Assembly: GCF_021869535.1 (NCBI RefSeq) | Contig: NW_026262745.1 | Location: 19,468,001-19,532,000, forward strand | Length of the DNA stretch: 64,000 nucleotides | Origin: Mytilus californianus | Taxonomy: Eukaryota | Direction: 5' to 3' | In this document: piece by piece, positions 27,313-40,875 of the stretch | Layout of the letters: each line of letters begins with the position of its first letter | How positions within the stretch are numbered: position 1 is the stretch's first letter | Program-made: the position numbers and the translations under genes | The notes under the pieces: generated by a model | The model's database searches: none | Told to the model about the DNA's origin: nothing | The model's input: the letters and a program-made list of their open reading frames with translations, nothing else

Positions 27313-29699
27313 AATACTACAGACAATTAACATATCATTGTACAAATATATGTCGATTCAGTATTAAATCAAAGATTTTCTGCTGAATATTTTGGTTATT
27401 TCAAAGCAAAGAATTAATAGTTACAAAGTCAAAGGTTTCTTCCAATTTAAAAAGGCAAGATAATGCTTTTATATCCCTTCCCCGAAAAAAAACCCTATAA
27501 TTAGAAGGTACAATAGTCCCTTTTAGTATTCCTTTTCCAATGGATATCTTATGATATTGGTGAAATTTTAGTATTTTCTCTATGCTGTCTTTTCATTTAA
27601 TATCATCAGAAGTTTTTACTGAAAAGGAGTGCAGGATGTAATATAAATACTGATATTCGTTTTTAGTAGGCTTAAAATTTCAAACTTTTTTCCTTATTAT
27701 TACAAGATGTCCTTGCTAGCAACTTATTTCCACAACTTAGATTTTTTTTTAAAAGTATATCTATTTGAAAAGCTGTAGGGAATTCTGTATGTCATCATTC
27801 TTTTAAATATCAGCAGTTTAATTTCATTTATGAATTTTCTCATTCTTGTACATTATACTTAATTGGCAGCATTAGAAATTACCTTAAATCTTTTCTGTCT
27901 TCCAGTCTTAATCTTGAATGAACTTAAATAGGTGCCTTTTTTGTATTTTGATCTATTGTGAGTGGCTTGTCAAATTTTGTAATGCTCTGTTCTTTCTTTC
28001 TTTTTTTCAACAATAAAAGGAAATTTATTTTTATATTTAGCCTTTGTTTTATTGTTATATCAATGTGCATTACTTCATTTCATATTTTATGAATTATTAT
28101 ATATTTATTTATATGGAAAATTTAAGATATTCCGTCCATTTTAACTTGAATATACAGAAAATCAATTTAGAGGTTCTGTATCGAGTTGTATTACAATTCT
28201 GTTTACATTTTTTGTTTTCATTTTAAGTGCTGCTTTTAAAATTGTCGATAGGATGTATTTTTATTTATGAAATGTTTTCAGAGATAAAGCACTTTAAAAC
28301 AAAATTTGTATGTCAGAGATAACTGTTCTTTAATGCAAAATTTGCTTGATTAAGTTCCTATGAAACAAAATAGGTCAATACTAATTTAAAGTCCTATTTT
28401 AAATAAAAGTGTTTCATTTTCCTACTTAATATATTTCTCAGAAAAGAAAGTGACAAATAATATTTCATGATTAGGGACACTATCGTCACAGGTCAAAGTA
28501 GTTTGACATGTCTGAATGGATTTAGTTTTAAAGGAAGAGTTGATTTGTTTTGTATTCTGTGATATATTTAACTGATATGTAATAAAACATATATTTTCAT
28601 TCATGTTATTTACTGATCTTTCATATACAAATTGTTACATATGTAAGTGTATGGAGATTAATTCATTAGAACATTTAAAGAATAAAGATTAAAAAGTACT
28701 TGGTATTGTTATCAGATAAAGAATGTCACTATTAAAAGGGTCAAATTTTTCCCCCTTAGATACATGTTCTACCATAGAGTTATCATTAAGTCCCAGAGTT
28801 TTCCTTTCAAATAGTTGACGGTTATTAACCTTTTCTATAATCAGTCATAATATGACAATAATAAAATAGTATGACAGTTATCATATGATGAACCCCTATT
28901 ACTCACATCTTGCTGTTTTTGTTCAGAAGTTTTTTTTATTTTAAGTTTCTTTCTTAGTGTTTTCTACCATTTAAATTTATGCATCATTTTCCCTTATTTA
29001 CATTTTTATTGGCTTTTTCCAGGCTGAGTAGGCCTACGTCTAGAGTAGCAAATGTTATCAACATATTTGGTATACTCATGCATCTAATAGAGTTTGAGTA
29101 TGTGTCATATTAGCTTCGCATCATGGTGCGGAGCTATTAGTTTCAGTCGATATACACGCCATCTTGAAATAACTACTAATCACATATAGATTCTGATTGG
29201 TTGCGTTATGATGCGGCTGAGATACAGCAACAGCTATTGGCTTAAATGAGATAAAGAATTACAGATTTTTCTCGTCTCAGGATAAGACATCAAATGCCCG
29301 AAAATTAACTATGTTTATTTCAGTTACGATCAACTGTCATTAATTCATGTTCATTTTATATTATGCATATATTGCACACTAAAATTCAATATTGAAATAT
29401 CAATTATTAATACGTGTTAATTTGCTTTGTTAATCTGCAATATATGCACGATTTGTTTTGCTATACAATGTTCCTAATCAATGTTTACAAAAATGCATTA
29501 CCTGTATTTTATAACTTCTGCCAATCTAGGCACACATCCAGAGAGGCACACCTCGAGAATACTAATTCAACAACCACATGCACATTATTACCTTAAATTA
29601 GGATAGAGCGAAGCAGTCCACAGCTTTTTAGAAAGTTCAAACTTGTATACACTTAACTTAATCAATATTTTATGATAAACTGACCTACATTTAATGCTT

Positions 29700-30190
29700 C
29701 ATTGACCTCAAGGGTTGGCTTGGTATAGAAATGTGGTCAACCCTAGAGTTCTCCAATCAAATCCAATCTATAGAGGGGCGTCCACTTGGCTGTGTGAGTT
29801 GTATAAGTAGTCACGTCCGGCTGAAATGGGAAGTTTCGGTAGTTTAGACACATCCTAAAGTGGGGCATTCGGAATGGAGATGTTAAATCCGATGCCTCGT
29901 GTAGAGATGTGTCACGTTCTCTGTACGTTAAAGAACACTTGCAACAACTTTCTGAGGTGTCAGTAGGTGATTTGTTGTGAGACAAAATTTCTGTCCCCAT
30001 CCAGCATACCCTCATTTTCCACTGGAAATTCAAATTTTTCACCCTTCATTCCGGTCGACCCCTACCTTGCAGAATCTACCTATTGTATTGATTGTTAATT
30101 TGTTCTCGTTCTGAACATATATGATTTGTTTGCCACTGGAAATAAAGCAAACGACAACAACCAATTCACATATGGAGGTTAATGATGTGT
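29700..30190 (+). mobile_element. SINE-like interspersed repeat
   Basis: Homologous reverse-oriented copy at ~57925-58500. Core ACGTTAAAGAACACTTGCAACAAC, 3' tail GCCACTGGA..AAGCAAAC(AAC)n. Family assignment uncertain. Confidence 0.5.
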
Positions 30191-31293
30191 ATTCATCTTT
30201 TCGATTTGATTATGAGTTAGTTAAAAGATCTGCGGTTCTTTTCACAAAAAATCTTGAGATAAAAAATACTCCTAAGTCATACACATTTCAGTATAACTTA
30301 CGATCAATTTTAATCGTAAATTTTTTTGTGAAAAGAATCGCAGACCTGCCAACTTTCACGATTTATAAACGGTGTTGACCTGAATTTTGAAAAACAGGCA
30401 TTCAAATGAGTTAAAAGGGTATTTAAGCACATACATATTCATTCAAACAATACTATACGTAGTTGATTAAAACACTTATGACAATATAAGAGAAGCATTA
30501 GGTCCGATGGAGATTTTGAAAAGTTGGCAGGTGTGAAAGATTACTACATTGTACTAGTAGACTTCTAGATCAGAAATACAATTTTTCTCAGCTATTAGTG
30601 CAGACAAATTATTATGAGTTATATAACAGAATTTCTGGGATAAATCTAAAAACAATAGCTTCAAGAATTGATCCTTTAGCCTCAACATATTTTTTTTTAA
30701 AATTCACTCACACCAGGTAGTAAATAACTAGACAACATAACCATACTGTTGCCCAAATCATGCGATGCAGCACTTTAGCGGCGAAGTATTTTCTAATAGG
30801 ACAAGTATAAAAATGGAAAAACAAATATCAAAAGTTTAGTTGAATTTGGATTGTTAGTTTAATTTTTCATTTTATAGATAAGCATTCAATTGTAAATTCG
30901 TAGCTTTTTTGTTTTTTCTTCTTTTTTTTTAATGTGCAGTATACAACAATATTTCGCAACTTCGAAAACATGAAAGATGCACAAAAACAGCTCAGTAATG
31001 AAAATAAGAAGATGTGGTATGAGTGCCAATGAGACAACTCTCCATCCAAGTCACAATGTGTAAAAAGTTAAAAATTATAGGTCAAAGTACGGCCTTCAAC
31101 ACGTAGCCTTGGCTCACACCGAACAGCAAATGTTATAAAATTATAAAACGGATTTTATCTCGTACCTTCTCCAAAGAAATTTTGTTCATTGTTTACTATA
31201 TAAGGTTTTAAAACATATACATTTGTGTAATTTGTATTCTCATCCCTGAAAGCAGTTGCTTATTTTCGCATATAAAAAATTCCGGAAAAATGA

Positions 31294-32151
31294 TTTTTGT
31301 CGAGCCTTCGACTTTTGTCGAAAAAGCGAGACATAGCGATCCTACATTCCGTCGGCGTCGGCGTCCACAAATATTCACTCTGTGGTTAAAGTTTTTGAAA
31401 TTTTAATAACTTTCTTAAACTATCCTGGATTTCTACCAAACTTGGACAGAAGCTTGTTTATGATCATAAGATAGTATCCAGAAGTAAATTTTGTAAAAAA
31501 AAAAATCCATTTTTTCCGTATTTTACTTATAAATGGACTTAGTTTTTCTGCCAGGAAACATTACATTCACTCTGTGGTTAAAGTTTTTGAAATTTTAATA
31601 ACTTTCTTAAACTATCCTGGATTTCTACCAAACTTGGAAAGAACCTTGTTTATGATCATAAAATAGTATCCAGAAGTAAATTTTGTAAAAAAAAAAATCC
31701 ATTTTTTCCGTATTTTACTTATAAATGGACTTAGTTTTTCTGCCAGTTAACATTACATTCACTCTGTGGTTAAAGTTTTTAAAATCTTAACAACTTTCTT
31801 AAACTATCCTGGATTTGTACCAAACTTGGACAGAAGCTTGTTTATGATTAAAAGCTAGTATCTAGAAGGAAATTTTGTTAAAATTTTGGTCCATTTTTTC
31901 CGTGTTTTACTTATAAATGGACTTTTTTTCCAGTTAACATTACATACAGTCTGCAGTTTAAGTTTTTAAAACATTTATTAGATTCATAAACTATCCTGGA
32001 TTTTTACCAAACTTGGACAGAAGCTACTTACAATCAAAAGATAGTATAGAGAGGAATATTTTTATTAATTTTTTTCCTCATTTTTGTTGAGCCTGTGATT
32101 AACAGCAACAGTAGGCGAGACACTGGGTTCCGCGGAACCCTTACGGATTTT
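31294..32151 (+). mobile_element. Helentron-type (HINE-like) element carrying 192-bp tandem repeats
   Basis: Repeat starts at 31373, 31565, 31757 (period 192) plus a diverged fourth unit. Imperfect subterminal IR (31299/32113), perfect 3' palindrome GGGTTCCGCGGAACCC (32125-32140). Confidence 0.75.
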
Positions 32152-34184
32152 TCAGTGTTATATAACTGAGCGGTTTAACGGTAAACACCTGCAAAATATG
32201 AACTACATATGTATGTATTTATTATGCAATTTTTTTTACAACTTTAATATGAATATGCATATTGTTAGATACTCTAGACTTTGTTAGATTGGTATACGTC
32301 AATGAAACAACAATCTTGCAACATGTACAAACCGGTATAAGATGTGATCTTTTCAAAGAGAGACGGACGATATTAAAGGGACAGTCAAATGCAAACTGAC
32401 AACGCCATGCCAAAATAATGAAGAAAACAAAACGACCTAAAGGCATACAAGAGTTTACACATCCCATCATAGACAACGGTAAAGGCTGAGGGACACAAAC
32501 CCCTCCAAAACCGAGGATGATTCCCGGTGTTCCGCAATGATAGGCAGATTCTGCGCCACATGTGGCACCATTTGTGTTGCTCATCTGTTTGGTTGTTATT
32601 TTTATAGATTGTAAGTTCAAGTCAAGAAGACATTTTCAAGTGCAAAAAGTAAAGTTGGATATATGACTTCACAGTAGCGATGTTGTTTTAGCAAAAATAA
32701 TTTATTTCTGTTTATTGTTTGACCGTCTTCAGGCAGATCTACATAAAATGGGCAGCTTACAGTGAATTCTATAATACTAATATTCTGAGAAGGTGTACAT
32801 TTTGTGTCACGGCATTGAATCGGCGACAAATGATAATCGATTGTGATTTCAACATACAAAGAATAAAACTACTGAAGGCGAAGTTCAGTCACACACTGAC
32901 ATGTCCAAGTTTTTAGGAACAAGTTTTTGAGTCGACGTTTTTTGACACTAAATGTATCAAAACTAGAAAAAATAATCCATTCAGTGGATGAAAGATAAAG
33001 TCAATTTGACAAAATATTAAGAGAAACCAAAAGAGAACGGATTCGAAGATGAACATCATACAACTAGAAGATGAAGAATCAGAAGTATTTATGGTCAAAT
33101 AAGAAGCTATAGGTGTTACACTCAAACAGACGATTATATAACAAAGACAGCTGAATTCCTCAAACGGCTCTTTTAGAACCACAAAATCTTTCAAAAAGAG
33201 TTCAATTGTAGTCACATAACAACTAGCTGTAAGATGATGAAATTTCCCCCTCGTTTTTACCTTTTCTACAAAAACACAACAACTAAGGCAGAACGGGCGG
33301 TCTATGCTAAGTTTCCGAAATCATGTGTGTGTTTGTGTGTTGTTGTTATTTTCTAAATATACATGATACATGATGTAAATAATAATTCTAATACACCTCT
33401 TGAGGTCGTTTGGTTGTGTTTACCTCAAAGATCTGTTCGCTAATACATGTGCATGTAAATATCTTTTTAATTTGAAAGTCTGTGATACAATAGGTACTTG
33501 CTAGTCAATTTTTTTTTACATAACACGAATTTAACTTGTTTGTTTTGTCGTTCAGTGAGCGTTTGTCAACTGCAGGAGGTGCAAGTACCCTGACTAATAG
33601 AGGGACTCTTAAATGTAAAACCACGATTGATTGGCTTATTTCCAACTAGTCAAAATTGAGGGAAATAATGGATTACAGTGGCTTTAGCTATTCAAAAGAA
33701 CAACGTCCAGTTGTTAGTTGACTCTTGACAATGTCTAAGTTATCCGTTTCATTATAAATCCCAGTATATCATAAATTAAGAATTGACCTCAAATGTAGAT
33801 CAAATCAGTTGGAATTGATTTAACAGATATGTGTGTTGTGTAGTTATAAAACCAATAATGTAAAAAGTGACCTATAAACTATCATAGTAATAATCCAAAC
33901 ATGTAATGACAGCTAAATGGGATTATTTTTAAAGCTTTTTGAGAATAGTTACTAAAAAATAGGGAGGAATCCTAGCACCTGATATTTAGACCTTTAAAAA
34001 TTATGTCACGTGATCATTTCTGTTACAATTTAACAGGGATTGCAGTATCATTGATCCAAATTGTCCAAAAGTTTACTGATAGAAACAGAAGAATGGAGAA
34101 AGACTCTTCTTATTTTTGTTATTAAACAGAGGATTAATTATAATTGATATACTACCCAGTTCAAATTATTTTTTATTAATAACC

Positions 34185-35660
34185 ATGTATTTACAATTTA
34201 TAAAAGCGATATTATTTGTTCAGCTAGTTTCATCCGTTCAAAGTCAGCAGTGCCGTCAAGGATGTAAATGTTCGGCAAAGGTAACGATTTGTGCATTCAC
34301 CCAAATTAGCGGAGTTCCAAACAATCTTCCGACAGCAATCACAGCTTTGGCAATTTCAGGCAGTGCATCTAGTCCGAATTCATTTGGGCATTTCAATCCA
34401 TCTACGTTTTTATCTTCCAGAATGTCGCATTTAATATTGAGGTATTGCGGGATTGATGCAATGGACGCTGGAGCATTTAGAACATTACCCGAATTAAAAA
34501 CATTAAATTTAGAATTCAACAAAATTAAGATATTAACACAACAGTCGTTTCAAGGATTGACAAAGTTAACAACACTCGAACTGACCGGTAACAAACACTG
34601 TGACATTAAACCAAATGCATTTAACGGATTGCCAACTTTATTAGAGCTACATTTAGGCGAAATGGACTTGGATACGTTTGATTTAAATTTGCTTAAATCG
34701 CTGCATAGTCTTGCCACCCTTGATCTTCATGGCAATAAATTAAAAACACTGTACTGGACTGTTCTATCGTCGCTGACAAATTTGAAGCATATCGATCTTT
34801 CTGGAAATCAACTAACAACAATTCCGTCTAATATGTCGACACTATCTATACAAATAGAAACAAACAAAGGGAGCATAAATCTGGGAAATAACCCTTGGAA
34901 ATGTAACTCGGAAATTAAATGGCTGAAAAACATGTCAGTATCTTTCAGTTCCGTGTTTAGTATAGGAAACATTATTTGCGATACACCTGCAAATCTTAAG
35001 TACATTTCATTAATCAATGTCCCTGATCCAAAACTAGAACCGATACTTCCAAAGATTTTATATTGTGACAAAACAAAAGTAACAGTGAATGCAGGTTCTG
35101 CTGTATTTATAAACTGCACGATAAAAGGCGATTCAACCACTGTCACGTGGATAAATCCGACTGGAACATCTTTCGTGTCTTCTCCTTTACAACAAAATGA
35201 CCAAAATGTGTACGTCAATGGCAGTTTGTATATGGCGAGCACATCGTCAGCCGATCGTGGCAACTGGACGTTGTCGGTATCATCTAAGTTCGGCGAAGAT
35301 CAAAGAGCTGTTTATGTTAATGTTATTTTATCACCTAAAATGAAAACAACAACAACCACGACACCACACAAAATCACTACGACGACACCAATCAGAACAA
35401 CCATTGTAACGACAGACAACACGACACTTACAACAATCACAACAACGCCACCGATCAGAACAGCTACGTCAACAACATCGTCAAAGGCTGCTACTAGAAA
35501 TGTGTCATCAAAGGTCGTGGTAATTGAATTTTTACCCATTGTAACAACAGATACAACTTTGAAAACTCCAGAAAAGAATTCCGCTCCGCAAATTACAGAA
35601 AGCGTTGGTTACTTTGTCTTAGTTGTATGCACAGCTATTGCATGCCAACTTCTCATGTAA
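34185..35660 (+). CDS. LRR-Ig cell-surface protein A, 491 aa, probable GPI anchor (single coding exon)
   Basis: Signal peptide, LRRNT (CxxxCxC), ~6 LRRs, LRRCT (NPWKC..CDTP), Ig-like domain, Thr-rich stalk, terminal NSAPQITESVGYFVLVVCTAIACQLLM with no cytoplasmic tail. True ATG taken from paralog alignment; acceptor-like CAG at 34129. Confidence 0.9.
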   Translation: MYLQFIKAILFVQLVSSVQSQQCRQGCKCSAKVTICAFTQISGVPNNLPTAITALAISGSASSPNSFGHFNPSTFLSSRMSHLILRYCGIDAMDAGAFRTLPELKTLNLEFNKIKILTQQSFQGLTKLTTLELTGNKHCDIKPNAFNGLPTLLELHLGEMDLDTFDLNLLKSLHSLATLDLHGNKLKTLYWTVLSSLTNLKHIDLSGNQLTTIPSNMSTLSIQIETNKGSINLGNNPWKCNSEIKWLKNMSVSFSSVFSIGNIICDTPANLKYISLINVPDPKLEPILPKILYCDKTKVTVNAGSAVFINCTIKGDSTTVTWINPTGTSFVSSPLQQNDQNVYVNGSLYMASTSSADRGNWTLSVSSKFGEDQRAVYVNVILSPKMKTTTTTTPHKITTTTPIRTTIVTTDNTTLTTITTTPPIRTATSTTSSKAATRNVSSKVVVIEFLPIVTTDTTLKTPEKNSAPQITESVGYFVLVVCTAIACQLLM

Positions 35661-38085
35661 TAAAGATTGACCGCTTTGAAATTTACTGCATTTGACTATG
35701 AAAAAAAAAGAAACCATTATATGAAAACTGTTGATTATTGCGTTGAATTTAGCTTTACTTTGCTGTTGATGACATTAAATTATTGATTCTTTGTATTGAT
35801 TCAAATTTTCATTTTAATTAAAAAGAACCATGATTTGTCAAATAAAAAATAACTTGTAAGCATTATTTTCTGTTGTAAACAGGTGTGATAAATGTATCAT
35901 GATTTAATGTCTGATTTTGAGCCAAATAAGTTTAGATTCAATTAAAATGTTAGTAATTGCTAGTAAATTTTCAGCGTTGTTTTAGTATTTGTCCAAATTT
36001 TGAAATTTCACACTGTTTTATTGTTTTGCCTGCCCAGCCAGAAACTGCCAGAAACCATTATATTGTTTAAATGAAAATTTAAAATGATATTGTAGTCTCT
36101 TTATTTGGCTTTCATGGATTAACAATCGATGTTTTTCTGTTCTTATTTAGAACAATTTTATTGATTGTCGTATTCTAAATACGATTTTTTTTCCGAAGGG
36201 CTACCCGAAAGTTCATGATTTCCATTTAAGACATTTATTGAACACTATATTTTTCAGTTTGAAAAGGGACCTTTTTTTTACTTCATCTTCAAATTAGAAA
36301 TTGATTTTGTTCTATTTACTCAACATTCGCCGTATTGATACACATGTAAGATTCATTTGAAGATAAAAGAGTTTTTTAGGTGCTACAGACTAAATTATCT
36401 TCTACATTTTTTTTAACCAGTTACAAAATTTATACTACGAAAAAATTAGAAGTGACTACTGGACTGTTTTTACGCTGAAACCTATAACTACCTATGTGTA
36501 CATATAACACTTGTCATGTTTATTTCCAAACCTTTATCCTGCCCCATGTCAAAACTAGTTATAAATCGAGCTAAACGAGTCGAGATGAGAGGTCCCAACA
36601 CACATAGCGCTATGTAAAAATAAAATATTGTAAAAGTATGAATAACAAGTGAACGAACAAATATCAAATCTTTCAAATAGACTTATGTCAAATTATTTTT
36701 ATTCTGAAAATCCGGTATTTCTCCGAGTAGAATCAAAGGTCTTTTTCGTAAAGGTAGCATTTTTTTTGTGTAAAATATTTCCATGGTGTAAAGTATTGAA
36801 AGGCATCTCCTGTGTTAGTCTAACCTCACTTAAATAAGTTAGGTAAGCAACCAGAAATACATAAGTTTCATAAATAACAATTAAACCTAAAAACATTTTT
36901 TAAAACAACATTATAGTCATTAATTGTAAACAATGTTTGCATTGAAATGATTGTTGCTTTTGAATGCATCATCAAAATTTCTTTTAATGTTTGTCGAACA
37001 CTTTCATCATCAAAAGGAAAACATTATAGAGGTCAGTTTAAATATATATCATAGAACAAATAAACTTCTAATTGTGTATGCATGTTGCAAAATTTAAAAT
37101 ATGCATGGAAAAGGAAAAGATCATTTCTTAAAATTAAACACACGATGAAGGCAGCGCACTGAAATCATTCGAAAAATATACATCCAAATAGAAACAGATA
37201 TGGGTGCAAAACAATTTGACTCACGCGAACTCCAACACAGAGTGGCACCAGGTACCTTAAAAAAAGTCAAACACCAAAAAACAATCCTATAATAATCAAA
37301 CATCATGTAATTACCTTACAATCCAATTGAAGAGGTTGGAATACTTGCATGTCAGTTTGTCGAAGATGATAATTAAAAAATAACAATAGTAAAGAGATTT
37401 TGATATATAATTCTCGGAAATGCATGTACAGGTTCCAAATTTTGAAAAGTGCCATACTTCTGAGGTACAATTTTTTTTAATGGTTTGTAGTCCAAAAGAG
37501 AGGCGAAAGGTACCAAATGGATATTTAAACTCTTATATCGAAAACAAACTGACAATAGCATGGCAAAAAACGAAAAACGACCAAAGGACTTTAACAACAG
37601 AACACAAAACTCAACATAGAAAAACTAAAGACTGAGCAACAAATCACACACACACCAAATGATTAGACAGTTTCAACAACTAAACCCATTGGCAGGATTT
37701 TTGTTAACTTAAGTACGCTATCATAAACTTTACCACAATAATTGCAGTTCCATACTCAGAAAACGAATATTAGGAATCTATGACACTGTAAATATGGTTA
37801 ATTCATATAAATCTTAAATTCAACTTTTCAATTGATGTAATTGTGCTGTTGTTATTGTCAGGTTCATTCCCGTTCGTAACTTTAGAATATCGCCCCTTGT
37901 GTTTAGAAATTCTTCAATTTTTTTTTATTGAAATACAATTAATATTCACTTAGAAAGATGAAATTGCCCTAGTGGGTTTACTGTTCTTATGACAGAAGTA
38001 TTGACTTTTCCATTGATAATATAATCAAAGTACTGAAGTACTGAACATCGGATGACCGCAAGTTCTGGTGGATAGTCACAGGCAC

Positions 38086-38162
38086 TTGTCTCAGAAAAAT
38101 AAAATATCTCTATACCTGAAAATTAGGTTAAGGTACATAGATATATTTTTTTTCTGAGACAA
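38086..38162. repeat. ~32-bp imperfect inverted repeat with 13-nt spacer
   Basis: TTGTCTCAGAAAAATAAAATATCTCTATACCT versus AGGTACATAGATATATTTTTTTTCTGAGACAA. Confidence 0.7.
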
Positions 38163-39765
38163 ATTCCTGTGTAAATGACAGAGAATTCAACCTCGCCGTA
38201 ATAATTATTATATTGTAGTGATATAATCATGGGACAATCATTTGTTATCAGTATAATCTGGTTTGTTGTTATATATTATATTAATATTTGTACAACAGTT
38301 ATATATATAGCAGATCATCTTAATAACTCTACCGGCAAATTTTCATCCATTTATACCATCATTATATTCTACTTTTCTAATGATAGTGCAGTGCAAGTGC
38401 ATGGTGGACACTCTTCTGTAATAATTCGTTTTTCTGATAGGTTTGATTTGAGTTGGCATTCATATTTCTCCCGGTTATGAATATGTATTGATGCGATAAG
38501 TGATATTCATCCGCAAACACAATTTTTCGGTACGTGTGCATAGATATTAATGATTTTTTTACTTATATATGTATATTTCTCACGACAAAACATTTTCGTA
38601 TTATTTATTCATGTTCTTAAAAAATATTTTCATGAGTATTCATTGAAAAAATGAATTTATAATAAGCGATAAGGAATGTTATTTTGCATTCGATAATATC
38701 TGCGTATTTATACGAAATACGTTCGGTTATCAGTCAAAAACACAAGTCACGTGGGTAGAAATGCCTGCGGCAACATAACACCGGAATGCCCTCAAGGTCA
38801 TCCGCTGTAAAAATGAGGAGATGTGGTATTATTGCCAATGAGACAACTATTAACCAGAGTTCAAATAAAGTGGTGGTAAGCAATTATATGCCACCATATA
38901 CAGCCTTCAACAACGAGAAAAACACATACCGTTTAGTCCGCTATAAAAGGGCCGACATGAAAAAATTCTAAAACGAGAAAACTAACGGCCTTACTTAAAA
39001 CAAAAAAATTACGAAAAACAAATATGATGGATATGAACCAACTACAACCACTGTTCCACATGCTCCCGACTTGGGACAAGTACATAAAGAGTGTGGCGGG
39101 TTTAAGCATGTTTGTGAGCGCTAAACCCTCCCCTAACCTTGGATGACCTCTTTTAATACAACTGTCCCTTGGGAGGTCTAGCCGTCACGACTATGAAAAT
39201 CAGTTTGTAAATTGTGTAGTTTATAATACATAGAGATACGTTGTATCGTTGAGTAATATGGCATGGTTAATCCTTTATTTCAGAAGGGGGTTTTCTAGTT
39301 TTTAAATGCCATACAGTTACCTATAATTATACCCACTTCATTCCAACTCTGGTAGATAGTTGTCTCATTAGCAATTATATCTCGTCTCCTTGTTTTTGTA
39401 TTTTGTATCGGGAAAATAAGTGTATTAGAAAGAGTGTACATTTAGAACCCGTTCATATACTACTGTTTGCTGAGCATCAATCAACCAGATTTAAGTGTTG
39501 ACATTGTCTACTTAAACATCATTCCGTAGGTTGTTTGTTACTGGAATCAGCCTGGTTCCTATCAAAGTACGATTTGTCTAGACCTAAAACAAGAAACAGA
39601 TAACTGCGACTGGCATTCATTTACATCAAACATTGTTTAAGAAGAATGAGTAGTAGTCATTATATAATCATTTATGTATATATAGTGCAGAATGATACTC
39701 TTGAACTATTTTACCGATTTGATCGAAGAAGAGTACTTCAGTTTTGTTTGTGTTTTTGTCTTCTT

Positions 39766-39775
<10 letters not shown>

Positions 39776-39796
<21 letters not shown>

Positions 39797-39802
39797 GGGG
39801 GG
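39776..39802 (+). repeat. Poly-G tract (G27) after a T-run
   Basis: Direct reading. Confidence 0.9.
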
Positions 39803-40599
39803 TCAACATCTGATTGACAGCAAAGATTTAGAAATGCTCTTTACGTTAAATGTATTGAAAAAACATTTGATTACTCTATAAAAGAAACATTGTATGAACT
39901 GTAAAACGGATTCAAGTGGAACATCGAGAAGAAACAACAATACAGAGCTCTTGGTATAATTGTTTGTGTAATTTATATATTCCAAATAAAGAAAGAAGAT
40001 TTTCATCCTAATCATTATGGATGTTTATACCAAAGGAGAAAATTCTTTCTTAAATCTTCGAGCCTACGTGTGTGAAGTAGGAAAACGAATGGGAATATGA
40101 TATGTTGTTGATTTCAAGTTTAATATATTCATTTAAATCATTTAAGCTGGAAATAAGGAAATTTATTGACATATAGAGATATAACAGTTCAATAAATCGA
40201 CTTTTTTATATGCATAAAGCTTCTTAATTGGTATTTCGTTTGAAAGATAGAACATTGTCCTTTTGAGTTAATTCAATATAAACTCTAACAAGTTAAGTTA
40301 TCGGCATACATCATTTAATATATAGCTAAGTCATTTAATGTCTTTTTCAGATATATTTAGGATGTCCTTTCACTCAATGATCCTGTTTATGAGGTCTGTT
40401 ATTCATGTCAATACTACTGCTGTCTTCTTCCTAAAACTGTCACAGATGAACGACTGTTACCTCGAGTAGCAAGTAACCCAGTGGATACAGTTTTGCTTCT
40501 GTCTGTTTCTCATTCTTGTGAAGGGACAAGACATCTGTCCCAGCCAAAGGAATTTAAGTATCTAAATTGAATTGATATACCAACATTTGCTCAAAATAC

Positions 40600-40875
40600 A
40601 GTATATACCCACAGCCATTAATAAAATCAATATTATTAACAGATTTTTCTTACATTCTCCGTTGATAAATTAAGAAATTATTTAGAAAAATAAGGTTCAA
40701 ACTCCCTCAGGCAAAATTGACTTTGACTGAATTTAGGTGTTATCGGTAGTGTATTTTTTTATCATATAGCTACATAAGCTTGTTTAGTTCTTATTTATCC
40801 TTGTCTTTCGAATATTGGGTTTGTTCCTGATTAATGTAAATCCCGAAAGCGCTTCAGGTGCACGAAATTATTTAA
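40600..40875 (+). mobile_element. Truncated retrozyme-like repeat ending in a degenerate hammerhead motif (40821-40861)
   Basis: Shares TAAGGTTCAAACTCCCTCAGGCAAA with 57580-57605. Motif CUGAUUA-AUGUAAAUCCC-GAAA-GCGC-UUC has G8 mutated. Confidence 0.55.

Noticed and set aside
32704-32735. Minus-strand CTGAAGA...GAAA motif
   Set aside because: Helix II does not pair and no helix III or helix I partner is present.
32913-33215. 100-aa hydrophobic minus-strand ORF
   Set aside because: No recognisable domain or splice support; expected by chance from an A-rich opposite strand.
34256-35539. Antisense ORFs within LRR-Ig gene A (and equivalents at 51067-51957)
   Set aside because: Shadows of the sense codon usage; shared between paralogs only because the sense exons are near-identical.
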